Part shown: positions 31,321 to 41,951 of the stretch, one piece after another
Numbering within the stretch: the first letter of the stretch is position 1
Layout: every line of letters starts with the position of its first letter
DNA from: Rhynchopus sp. YZ270_cl-10
Lineage: Eukaryota
Length of the DNA: 64,000 bases
Direction: 5' to 3'
Assembly: GCA_964035575.1 (NCBI GenBank)
Contig: OZ037838.1
Location: forward strand, 620,001 to 684,000
Translations under genes and position numbers: made by a program
The notes under the pieces: model-generated
The model's input: the letters and a program-made list of their open reading frames with translations, nothing else
Told to the model about the DNA's origin: nothing
The model's database searches: none

Positions 31321-32415
31321 TCACTCACTGTTGTGTGGGTACATATGTCTTGTAACAATGTGGAGATTTGATTGCATAATCACAACAATACGTGAACATG
31401 GCGATATCGCAAATGACTCACCATAGACTTCCGGTATCACATGCACACAGGACATGGTTGCCACATCATACTGGCTCAGTTGTGCATTGTAATCACCATC
31501 ATCATCATCCCCGACTTCCTTGACCACAAGGTACTTCCCACATGGGGTGAACTGCATACCCCTTCCATCCCCATCCACATCAACACTGCGAAGAGCCGCA
31601 CCACTCCAATCAAAGAGGTGCACGGTGTGTTCCTCCCCCACAGCAAAGACAGAGGCAGACCGTGAAAGCGCCAATCTCTTCCAGGAAAAAACAGGCACAC
31701 ATGCCACTTCTTCACCTGTGTTCACATCCCACAGACGTGCGTTCTTCTCCTTGTCGGAAGAGCTGATCACCCACCCACCACAGTCCGACACCGCTACATC
31801 ATTACACCTTTTGTGTGATAGAGAGCGGAGCAACGTCAGGTCTTCGTCATACACAGAGACGCCGCGTGTGCCTCGTGAGACAACAACACTGCCACACGCG
31901 AACACTGCGTGTGAGGTGCCATAGACTTTGCGGACCACCTCCCCACCCGGAAGCGCAACCTCGCGTAAGTCCTCCCGACACGTCAGGTAGCAGCGTGTCA
32001 TGCACTGCGAGATGGCAGGCCGACGGACCACTTCAGTGCCCACATAAAACGAGAAGACAGTGTTGAAGGTTTCTGTGTCGAAGCCGCCAACATGCCCATC
32101 CCTGCTACAATAGACGCAGAGCGTTCCACAACGCGACAGCGACAAGTGTCCCCTTTGTGCAGTGTACTCAGCAGGACACTTGATGTCGGCAAAGCGGCGG
32201 GCAAGCACGATCTGCACCCCTGCATCAAACGCAGTGTCCTGCAGACGGCACGTCCCCTCCAGCACCTGCGTGCCGATGCGCATCTCGACAGACGCAGGCG
32301 AGACAGCAAGCGCCGTGCACGCAACCTCCTTTGCCGCTGCAACGTCCGCCTCGCACGGCACCTCCACTGTCGCAGTCACGCCTGACTCTTCCAGCACAAA
32401 GGTCACATCCATCAT
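31321..32415 (-). CDS. U13: UBL + beta-propeller (364 aa)
   Basis: Intact paralogous ORF. Confidence 0.9.
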   Translation of the reverse strand: MMDVTFVLEESGVTATVEVPCEADVAAAKEVACTALAVSPASVEMRIGTQVLEGTCRLQDTAFDAGVQIVLARRFADIKCPAEYTAQRGHLSLSRCGTLCVYCSRDGHVGGFDTETFNTVFSFYVGTEVVRRPAISQCMTRCYLTCREDLREVALPGGEVVRKVYGTSHAVFACGSVVVSRGTRGVSVYDEDLTLLRSLSHKRCNDVAVSDCGGWVISSSDKEKNARLWDVNTGEEVACVPVFSWKRLALSRSASVFAVGEEHTVHLFDWSGAALRSVDVDGDGRGMQFTPCGKYLVVKEVGDDDDGDYNAQLSQYDVATMSCVHVIPEVYGESFAISPCSRIVVIMQSNLHIVTRHMYPHNSE

Positions 32416-32605
32416 ATTGTTAAGGGGTCTGTTGTGTTTGATGAGGTGGTTGGTGGTGTCACTTCACAACGACAAATAAGAAGGTTCGTGGGTTGAATAC
32501 GTGTTCCTGCAACAAGGCAAAAGGGGGTTCTTGGGTCTTGGGTTGTTTTTCTGGTACCCTGGGGGAAAATCATCACCACTCTCCCTCCCCTCCCCTGGTC
32601 ACACA

Positions 32606-33700
32606 TCACTCACTGTTGTGTGGATACAGATGTCTTGTTACAATGTGAGTACCTTCTTCCAATACCACAACAACACGTGAACACGGCGATATCACAAATG
32701 CACCTGAGCATTGCGGTATCACACGCACACGGGACATGGTCGCCACATCATACTGGTGCAGAGGTGCATCTTCGTCATCATCAGATTCCGGACCCTGTAC
32801 CCTGACCACAAGGTACTTCCCACACGGGGTGAACTGCATGTCCGTGACAAACCCACCCACATCAACACTGCGAAGAGCCGCACCACTCCAATCAAAGAGG
32901 TGCACGTTATTTAAACCCCCCACCACAGCAAAGACAGAGGCAGACCGTGAAAGCGCGACAACGTGGCTTGATACAGGCACACATGCCACAGCTGCACCTG
33001 TGTTCACATCCCACAAGCGCACGTTGTTCTCCTCCCAGGAGGAGGTGATCGCCCACGCACCACAGTCCGATACTGCCACGTCCCAGCACCGTTCGCGAGA
33101 GAGAGAGCGGAGCAACGTCAGGTCTTCGTCATACACAGAGACGCCGTCTCCGCCCTTCGAGACAACAACACCGCCACACGCGAACACTGACCCCGAGTAG
33201 CCGTCGACTTTGCGGAGCACCTCCCCACCCGGAAGCGCAACCTCGAGAAGGCCTTCCTTGTTGCACGGCAGGTAGCAGCGTGTCTTGCACTGCGAGATGG
33301 CAGGCCGACCGAATACATTGTCCACTTCAAACGAGAAGACAGTGTCGAAGGTTTCTGTGTCCAAGCCAACAACATTCCGATAGTCAAGATAGACGCAGAG
33401 CGTTCCACAACGCGACAGCGACAAGGTTCCCCTGTGCGTTGCAGTGTACTCAGCAGGACACTTGATGTCGGCCAAGCGAGGACAGGCAAGCACAACCTGC
33501 ACCCCTGCACCAAACGCAGTGTCCTGCAGACGGCACGTCCCCTCCAGCACCTGCGTGCCGATGCGCATCTCGACAGACGCAGGCGAGACAGCAAGCGCCG
33601 TGCACGCAACCTCCTTTGCCGCTGCAACGTCCGCCTCGCACGGCACCTCCACTGTCGCAGTCACGCCTGACTCTTCCAGCACAAAGGTCACATCCATCAT
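32606..33700 (-). CDS. U14: UBL + beta-propeller (364 aa)
   Basis: Intact paralogous ORF; start at MMDVTF. Confidence 0.9.
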   Translation of the reverse strand: MMDVTFVLEESGVTATVEVPCEADVAAAKEVACTALAVSPASVEMRIGTQVLEGTCRLQDTAFGAGVQVVLACPRLADIKCPAEYTATHRGTLSLSRCGTLCVYLDYRNVVGLDTETFDTVFSFEVDNVFGRPAISQCKTRCYLPCNKEGLLEVALPGGEVLRKVDGYSGSVFACGGVVVSKGGDGVSVYDEDLTLLRSLSRERCWDVAVSDCGAWAITSSWEENNVRLWDVNTGAAVACVPVSSHVVALSRSASVFAVVGGLNNVHLFDWSGAALRSVDVGGFVTDMQFTPCGKYLVVRVQGPESDDDEDAPLHQYDVATMSRVRVIPQCSGAFVISPCSRVVVVLEEGTHIVTRHLYPHNSE

Positions 33701-34165
33701 ATTGTTAAGGGCTCTGTTGTGTTTGATGTGATGGTTGGTGGTGTCACTTCGCAACGACAAATAAGAAGGTTGGTGGGTTAAATACGTGTTTCGACAAACT
33801 CTGAAAAAGCAAGCTATTTGAAGATACCCTGCGGCAAACACACAGTCATTGTCGTTTGCCAAAGATCGTGGTGTGGAATTGCTCAGGCGAAAAGAAGAGA
33901 AAGTGCAAAAAGAAGAGACTCGAGATACAATGCCTTGGCCTGGCAGTGTACCTTTTGGTGCGTGACCAGAACACCGTGGGTGGACCCGCGGCTGATCCCC
34001 CTAGACATAGATGGCGTGCGAAGAGTTTTCTTTGCATTCTTCTTCGCATTCGGGGGGAAAGCTAAAAGGGGGGTTTCTTGGGGGTGTTTTGAGGGTCTTG
34101 GGTTGTTTTGCTGGGTACCTGGGTTATATTCATCACCACCCTCCCTCCCTTCCCCTGGTCACACA

Positions 34166-35332
34166 TCACTCACTGTTGTGTGGGTACAGATGTCTTGTCA
34201 CAATGACGTCATCTGATTGTATCACCATAACAACACGTGAACACGGTGATATCGCAATGGAAGGAATGTAGTAGGAGGCTGAGCTTTGCGGCATCACACG
34301 CACACAGGACATGGTCGCCACATCATACTGGTGCAGAGTGTACTCTTTACAAAATGATGATGCTGCACCCCTCTCAAACCCAACAACGACGTACTTCCCA
34401 CATGGAGTGAACTGCACGGCACAGACACTACAATCCTCCTCTTCAAAGCTTCCAAGACTGCGAAGAGCCGCACCACTCCGCTTGTAGAGCTGCACGGTGT
34501 CATAGTACTCTACAGCTAAGACAGAGGCGGACCGTGAAAGCGCCGTGTTCCTCCGCGCCACGTGCTGCTCATCTGGAGGCGTACATGCCACAGCTTCACC
34601 TGTGTTCACATCCCACAGACGCACCGTCTTCTCACTGTAGGAGGAGGTGATCACCCACCCACCACAGTGCGACACCCCCATGGTGAAACAATTTTCGTGC
34701 GAGATAGAGCGGAGCAACGTCAGGTCTTCGTCATACACAGAGACGACGTTGTGGCCCCTCGAGACAACAACACCGCCACACGCGATCACTTGGCGCGAGG
34801 GGTCGACTTTGCGGAGCACCTCCCCACCCGGAAGCGCAACCTCGCGCAGACCGTCCATGCACGCCAGGTAGCAGCGTGTCTTGCACTCCGAGATGGCAGG
34901 CGCACCGCACACCTCAATGTCTACTTTGAAGTTGAAGGCACGGCTGAAGGTTTCTGTATCGAGGCCGGCGACATAAGTGACAGTGCTTGCCTCCTGTGCA
35001 CAGAGGCAGAGTGCTCCACAAGGAGACAGCGATAAATGACTCACATGCATCCCTTGCCCTGCAGTTGTTGGCACCTCTGCAGTGTACTCAGCAGGACACT
35101 TGATGTCGGCAAAGCGGCAGGCAAGCACAACCTGCACCCCTGCATCAAACGCAGTGTCCTGCAGACGGCACGTCCCCTCCAGCACCTGCGTGCCGATGCG
35201 CATCTCGACAGACGCAGGCGAGACAGCAAGCGCCGTGCACGCAACCTCCTTTGCTGCTGCAACGTCCGCCTCGCACGGCACCTCCACTGTCGCAGTCACG
35301 CCTGACTCTTCCAGCACAAAGGTCACATCCAT
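34166..35332 (-). CDS. U15: UBL + beta-propeller (388 aa, visibly the most divergent copy)
   Basis: Intact paralogous ORF with several longer loops. Confidence 0.9.
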   Translation of the reverse strand: MDVTFVLEESGVTATVEVPCEADVAAAKEVACTALAVSPASVEMRIGTQVLEGTCRLQDTAFDAGVQVVLACRFADIKCPAEYTAEVPTTAGQGMHVSHLSLSPCGALCLCAQEASTVTYVAGLDTETFSRAFNFKVDIEVCGAPAISECKTRCYLACMDGLREVALPGGEVLRKVDPSRQVIACGGVVVSRGHNVVSVYDEDLTLLRSISHENCFTMGVSHCGGWVITSSYSEKTVRLWDVNTGEAVACTPPDEQHVARRNTALSRSASVLAVEYYDTVQLYKRSGAALRSLGSFEEEDCSVCAVQFTPCGKYVVVGFERGAASSFCKEYTLHQYDVATMSCVRVMPQSSASYYIPSIAISPCSRVVMVIQSDDVIVTRHLYPHNSE

Positions 35333-36261
35333 TGTTTTGTCTTCTTCTTGTTCCACCTCTGTGAGGAGATGAGGTGTGGGTTGTTTTGTGGGCTTGTGGC
35401 AAAGGGAGGAGAGGGTGGTCAAATTGCTGTTGATGTGAATGCGGATTGTTTCTTGTCTTTGAAACAATCACACAGAATCGATAAATATGTCAGTCAAAAT
35501 CTGCTTAACCCATTAAGTCCCAAACGCCACTTTAGTGGCTTTCGAAACGACGCATGCTTCGAGTCAGGTTCAATTTATGTTCGTATTACAAAATTCTGTA
35601 CGTACGCACAGAATTTTTTGCGGGCCTGTGACAAGAAACCAGGGGGGGCCGCCACCTAACAAAGTTCTGTTGATGATCAACAGAACTTTTTGAAAATGAA
35701 AAATGAAAAAAAGAAGAAATAAAAACTGTTATCTGAGTTTAAGCTAGTCTGATAAAGAAAGAAACGAAATCAGAAAAAGAATTTTTCGTTGATCGCACCG
35801 GATTTTTGTGGAGTGTGTCGGGACAAATCAAAAACCTTTCTGTGGCTAAGTTGTGTCGTGTTTACATAGCTCACACCAAAAATTCGGGCACAACTCAGAT
35901 ATGTTTTCATTTCCTCCCCTACAACCTTTGCAAGGCAGTTGTCTCAGGGGGTTATCGTGCGGTTCGCATTTAGTTGAAATCAACTAAATATTTTTTTGGG
36001 AGGGGGTTTTATAGTCCCTGTTGTACACCACACTGTTTTGTTCTTCCTTTTTCCTTTCAACCTTTTTTATTCATTTGCTTTTTTGTTGTTTGGGGGACAC
36101 GCCACACGTGTCGGTTCTGTGGAAAAACAAGACACGGAACCACCTGTGCGCTGCCCCTTTTCAGGTCTATCCATGAAAACAGTATCACAAGTGATACCGG
36201 GAGCCACACAGGATTTTTATTTATTAATTTTTGAAGAAAAGTACCTTAAAAAGACTCAATG

Positions 36262-36632
36262 TGTACGCTCATGCCAAGGAAAAACCAAGCCAAGGTTGGT
36301 TTGCATCGCCCATCAAGAGGGTTCCGCAAGCGTACCATACCCTGTGCTCATGCCAAGGAAAAACCAAGCCAAGGTTGGTCTGCATCACCCATCAAGAGGG
36401 TTCCGCAAGCACAGAATATGTTAAAGTAATACAGGGGGGTTAGGGAGAAAATAGGTGAAAAAAGAAAAACCAGTATGAGGGGAAAACGAACAAGCATAAA
36501 AAGACTCACAATGTACACTCATGCCAAGGAAAAACCAAACCAAGGTTGGTCTGCATCGCCCATCAAGAGGGTTCCGCAAGCGTACAATACCCTGTGCTCA
36601 TGCCAAGGAAAAACCAAACCAAGGTTGGTCTA
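36262..36632. repeat. ~80-bp repeat, 4 copies in two pairs
   Basis: ctcatgccaaggaaaaaccaa(g/a)ccaaggttggt(t/c)tgcatcgcccatcaagagggttccgcaagc near 36268, 36347, 36518 and 36597 (the last is truncated). Confidence 0.8.
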
Positions 36633-37866
36633 AAAAAAAAGTTTAAACTGCGGAAGACGCAAAACAACTCGCGAACGAAAAAAGAATTTTTTCTGCGAAG
36701 TGTGTGGTAAGGGGGGGAGTATAAAACATTACGAAAAAACCTCCACTAGCATTTCGCAAGCTTCATTACCGTTTTGGTTTTCTCCTCACAGAAAAAAAAA
36801 AAAAGAGGGGATTTTTGGGCACTTTTGGGGACCCCTCGCCCGACCCCCAGATGACTGGAATGATGGAACCTTAAAATTTTTCTGCTCGCTGCGTACCGTA
36901 CCCCTTATTTTTTTTGCCTGCGGCGCCATTTTCCTTTTTTGCTCCGCAAAAAAGGGTTTGTTGAGTGACTGTGTGGTGTAAACCAGCATTTTTACACCGT
37001 ACCCTATTTTTTTTCGCCTGCGGCGCCATTTATTTTTTTTTCATACGGCTAAAGAATCGCAGGGTGGCGTTCGCGAAGTTTGACGAATACAAGCGCGTGC
37101 GAAAAGTAGTTATGCAGTGGAGAAAGGAATGGAAACCACCAACCCTGAACAGTACTTCACTTCCCTTTCTTTGGGGGGAAAATTTTTTTTATCAACTAAA
37201 TCTGAGAAAATTGCGAATTTGACGATAATGGGCTGAGTTGTCTCAAAAAAAAAAAAAAAAAAAAAAATGCTCGAGAGACTCGTTACTCTTTGCTTGTTGC
37301 TCAAAAGGCTAAAAACGGGAAGAGGAAACATTAAGGTTGTTTGTTGTTCGCTTCCACACCACTTCTGTTTCAGAATCAAGTCTTTTGGCTGTCCTTTCAA
37401 GCGCCTGCCAAAACGCTCGCCTCGTGGGTGTGGACTTTATTTATATTTCTTTTTTTCTCGACTTGATAACGGTAAATACGCAGATTTACGGTTTGAATGT
37501 GTTTGCCAGAAAGTACAGAAAATGTTGTGGAGCACAAAGGGGAAAAGAGAGGAAACAAGCGGGGGAGGTGGATACGCAGAACGCGCGACTTTTCACAAGG
37601 GTCTCGAGCATTTTGTCAAATACTACGTGTTTACTAAAAACAAAACAAAAAAAATAAAGATCAGAAAGCAAAAATATCAAAAACGTCAGAAAAACCCATT
37701 TGTATCCTTCTCCACTGTTCCCCTCCAGCCAGTAACCTCGACGAGTGCAGATACCAATATGGTCTTTTATATGTCTTTTACGTCTTCTATTTTTGGGGTA
37801 GACGATTTTGGGGAGGCCTACCTCTTTTGAGTGATGCATGACCACCCTCCCTCCCCTGGTCACACA

Positions 37867-39000
37867 TCACTCACTGTTGTGTGGGTACAGATGCCTTGTT
37901 ACAATGCCGCCATCTGATTGCAGAGACACAAGAACACGTGAACACGGCGATATCGCAAACCATGAACTGTCGCACAGCACCACACGTACACAGGACATGG
38001 TCTCCACATCATACTGGTGCAGGGGTACTTCGTAATCATCTGAATTGCCATCATTTGTGTCCGTATCATCATCAGCCGAAACAGATATACTGGCCACAAG
38101 GTATTTCCCACATGGGGTGAACTGTATGCCGTCGACACTCCCTCCCACATCAACACTGCGAAGAGCCGCACCACTCCAATCAAAGAGCTGCACGGTGTTT
38201 TGCTCCCCCACAGCAAAGACAGAGGCAGACCGTGAAAGCGCCACTCTACACTGCCACCCCTCCGCAGGCACACATGCCACAGCTTCACCTGTGTTCACAT
38301 CCCACAGACGTACGTTGTCCTCCTTCCTGGAGGAGGTGATCACCCACCCACCACAGGGCGACACTGCCATGTCCCAGCACATTCCATGCGAGAGAGAGCG
38401 GAGCAACGTCAGGTCTTCGTCATACACAGAGACGCCGGCATTTCCCTTCGAGACAACAACCCTGTCACACGCGAACACTGCGTCCGGGGTGCCGTCGACT
38501 TTGCGGAGCACCTCCCCACCCGGAAGCGCAACCTTGCGTAATTCTTCCTCACACGCCAGGTAGCAGTGTGTCTTGCACCGTGAGATGGCAGGCGGACCGC
38601 GAATACGACAGTCACCTCCCACACTAAAAGCAAAGGCAGTATTGAAGGTTTCTGTGTCGAGGCCACCAACATGCGTACCATGACGATAGAGACAGAGCGT
38701 GCCACAAGGAGACAACGACAACTGTTGAAGGCCCTCCTGCACACTGTACTGAGCAGGACACTTGATGTCGGCAAAGCGAGGGCGGGCAAGCACAACCTGC
38801 ACCCCTGCCTCAAAAGCAGTGTCCTGCAGACGGCACGTCCCCTCCAGCACCTGCGTGCCGATGCGCATCTCGACAGACGCAGGCGAGACAGCAAGCGCCG
38901 TGCACGCAACCTCCTTTGCCGCTGCAACCTTCGCCTCGCACGGCACCTCCACTGTCGCAGTCACGCCTGACTCTTCCAGCACAAAGGTCACATCCATCAT
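37867..39000 (-). CDS. U16: UBL + beta-propeller (377 aa)
   Basis: Intact paralogous ORF; start at MMDVTF. Confidence 0.9.
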   Translation of the reverse strand: MMDVTFVLEESGVTATVEVPCEAKVAAAKEVACTALAVSPASVEMRIGTQVLEGTCRLQDTAFEAGVQVVLARPRFADIKCPAQYSVQEGLQQLSLSPCGTLCLYRHGTHVGGLDTETFNTAFAFSVGGDCRIRGPPAISRCKTHCYLACEEELRKVALPGGEVLRKVDGTPDAVFACDRVVVSKGNAGVSVYDEDLTLLRSLSHGMCWDMAVSPCGGWVITSSRKEDNVRLWDVNTGEAVACVPAEGWQCRVALSRSASVFAVGEQNTVQLFDWSGAALRSVDVGGSVDGIQFTPCGKYLVASISVSADDDTDTNDGNSDDYEVPLHQYDVETMSCVRVVLCDSSWFAISPCSRVLVSLQSDGGIVTRHLYPHNSE

Positions 39001-39171
39001 ATTGTTAAGGGGTCTGTTGTGTTTGATGTGATGGTTGGTGGTGTCAATTCGCAACGACAAATAAGAAGGATGAGTGCGTGTTCTTGCAATAGGGCTAAAA
39101 GGTTTTTTTGGGGGCGTTGGGTAGAGTCTTGGGTTGTTTTGCTTGTACCCTGGCCCTCCCCTGGTCACACA

Positions 39172-40327
39172 TCACTCACTGTTGTGTGGGTACAGATGTC
39201 TTGTCGCAATGTAGGAATCTTGTTGCAGAACCACAACCACACGTGAACACGGCGATATCGCAAATGCATCTGAGCTGTCCTGTATCACATCCACACGGGA
39301 CATGGTCGCCACATCATACTGGTGCAGGGGTGTAGTGTAAGTCAAAACATCTTCGTAATCATCATCTCCTGATCCGTAAACACGTATCCCCACCACTCGG
39401 TATTTCCCACACGGGGTGAACTGCATGCTCCCAACTTCCCCAGCCGCATGAACACTGCCAAGAGCCGCACCACTCCAATCATAGAGCTGCACGGTGTAGT
39501 TCTCCGCCTCAGCAAAGACCACAGCAAAGACAGAGGCAGACCGTGAAAGCGCCACTCTATACCACCACCCCTCCGCAGGCACACATGCCACAGCTTCACC
39601 TGTGTTCACATCCCACAGACGTACGTTCTTCTCCTTGTTGGAGGAGGTGATCACCCACCCACCACAGTCTGATACTGCCACACGCCCGCACTCTTCGTGC
39701 GAGAGAGAGCGGAGCAACGTCAGGTCTTCGTCATACACAGAGACGCCGTCTCTGACCCTGGAGACAACAACACTGCCACACGCAAACACTGACCCCGAGG
39801 GGCCGTCGACTTTGCGGACCACCTCTCCACCCGGAAGCGCAACCTTGAGAAGGCCTTCCTCCCAACACGCCAGGTAGCAGCGTGTCTTGCACTGCGAGAT
39901 GGCAGGCGAAGCCGTGTTCCCGACCGTACACTTTAGTGTCCGCTTCAAACGAGAAGACAGTGTTGAAGGTTTCTGTGTCGAAGCCAACAATATTTCCACC
40001 ATCACCAATAAGGCAGAGCGTTCCACAACGCGACAGCGAGATCGTTACGTCCATAGATGAACACTTGAAATTGTACTGAGCAGGACACTTGATGTCAGCA
40101 AAGCGAGGGCGGGCAAGCACAACCTGCACCCCTGCATCAAACGCAGTGTCCTGCAGACGGCACGTCCCCTCCAGCACCTGCGTGCCGATGCGCATCTCGA
40201 CAGACGCAGGCGAGACAGTAAGCGCCGTGCACGCAACCTCCTTTGCCGCTGCAACGTCCGCCTCGCACGGCACCTCCACTGTCGCAGTCACACCTGACTC
40301 TTCCAGCACAAAGGTCACATCCATCAT
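39172..40327 (-). pseudogene. U17: UBL + beta-propeller frameshifted by a 13-nt insertion
   Basis: gaagccgtgttcc at 39908-39920 interrupts the usual ggcaggc|cgaccgtac. Removing it restores a 1143-nt ORF. Confidence 0.85.
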
Positions 40328-40679
40328 ATTGTTAAGGGGTCTGTTGTGTTTGATGTGATGGTTGGTGGTGTCACTCCGCAACGACAAATAAGAAGGTTGA
40401 GTACGTGTTCCTGCAACACTTGTTCTGTGTTGCATGTTTGTGGTGGTTCTCGTTGTGAGAGGTGACGAAAGAAAAATGATACTCAGCATCGCGATCTGTC
40501 ACCCACACGAGAGCACCGCATGGGCAGTGTGTGAGGCGGGAGACCTGTAGCAAGCAAACAAAAGAAAAGCAGCAACAGGGCTGAAAGGGGGGTTTCTTGG
40601 GGGTGTTTTGAGGGTCTTGGGCTGTTTTGCTGGTACCCTGGGGTATATTCATCACCACCCTCCCTCCCCTGGTCACACA

Positions 40680-41765
40680 TCACTCACTGTTGTGTGGGAA
40701 TAGATGTCTCGTCACAACGGCGCCATCTGATTGAAAAGACACAACAACGCGTGAACACGGCGATATCGCAAATGACACAACAAACCTTTGTGTCGTCATG
40801 ATTTCCACATCATGCGACATGGTTGCCACATCATACTGGTACAGAACGTGTCGAGTCTTTACCACAAGGTACTTCCCACACGGGGTGAACTGCATGCCCA
40901 AGACATCTCCACGTATATCAACACTGCGAAGAGCCGCACCACTCCAATCATAGAGCTGCACAGTGCTCTCCTCCCCCACAGCAAAGACAGAGGCAGACCG
41001 TGAGAGCGCCACGAGACACCACCCCTCCTCAGGCACACATGCCACAGCTTCACCTGTGTTCACATCCCACAGACGTGCCTTCTTCTCCTTGTAGGAGGAT
41101 GTTATCACCCACCCACCACAGTCCGACACTGCCATGTCCACGCATGCCTTTTGCGAGAGAGAGCGGAGCAACGTCAGGTCTTCGTCATACACAGAGACGC
41201 AGTGTGTGCAGCCAGAGACAACAACACTGCCACACGCGAACACTAACCCCGAGTTGCCGTCAACTTTGCGGAGCACCTCCCCACCCGGAAGCGCAACCTC
41301 GAGAAGGTGATCCCCACACGGCAGGTAGCATCGTGTCTTGCACTGCGAGATGGCAGGCCGACCGACCACTTCCGTGTCCACTTCAAATGAGAAGACAGTG
41401 TCGAAGGTTTCTGTGTCGAAGCCAACAACATTCCTATCATAAACATAGATACAGAGCGTTCCACAAAGCGACAGCGACATCGCTGCGTGCCTCGATGACC
41501 TCTCGAAACTGTACTCAGCGGGACACTTGATATCGGCAAAGCGAGGACACGCAAGCACAACCTGCACCCCTGCACAAAACGCAGTATCCTGCAGACGGCA
41601 CGTCCCCTCCAGCACCTGCGTGCCGATGCGCATCTCGACAGACGCAGGCGAGACAGCAAGCGCCGTGCACGCAACCTCCTTTGCCGCTGCAACGTCCGCC
41701 TCGCACGGCACCTCCACTGTCGCAGTCACGCCTGACTCTTCCAGCACAAAGGTCACATCCATCAT
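40680..41765 (-). CDS. U18: UBL + beta-propeller (361 aa)
   Basis: Intact paralogous ORF. Confidence 0.9.
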   Translation of the reverse strand: MMDVTFVLEESGVTATVEVPCEADVAAAKEVACTALAVSPASVEMRIGTQVLEGTCRLQDTAFCAGVQVVLACPRFADIKCPAEYSFERSSRHAAMSLSLCGTLCIYVYDRNVVGFDTETFDTVFSFEVDTEVVGRPAISQCKTRCYLPCGDHLLEVALPGGEVLRKVDGNSGLVFACGSVVVSGCTHCVSVYDEDLTLLRSLSQKACVDMAVSDCGGWVITSSYKEKKARLWDVNTGEAVACVPEEGWCLVALSRSASVFAVGEESTVQLYDWSGAALRSVDIRGDVLGMQFTPCGKYLVVKTRHVLYQYDVATMSHDVEIMTTQRFVVSFAISPCSRVVVSFQSDGAVVTRHLFPHNSE

Positions 41766-41951
41766 ATTGTTAAGGGGTCTGTTGTGTTTGATGTGATGGT
41801 TTGTGGTGTCACTTCACAACGACAAAGAAGAAGAGAGAGTACGTGTTTCTAACAGGGCTAAAAGGGGGTGTTTTGAGGGTCTTGGGTTTTTTTTTTGTCG
41901 TACCCTGGGTTATATTGATCACCACCCTCCCTCCCCTCCCCTGGTCACACG

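Noticed and set aside
35506..35530. piggyBac-like left end (ttaa-ccc), also at 44592
   Set aside because: I could not find a matching right TIR with a TTAA.
39908..39920. Micro-intron rescuing U17
   Set aside because: 13 nt with no GT-AG ends on the coding strand; too short to support without transcript data.
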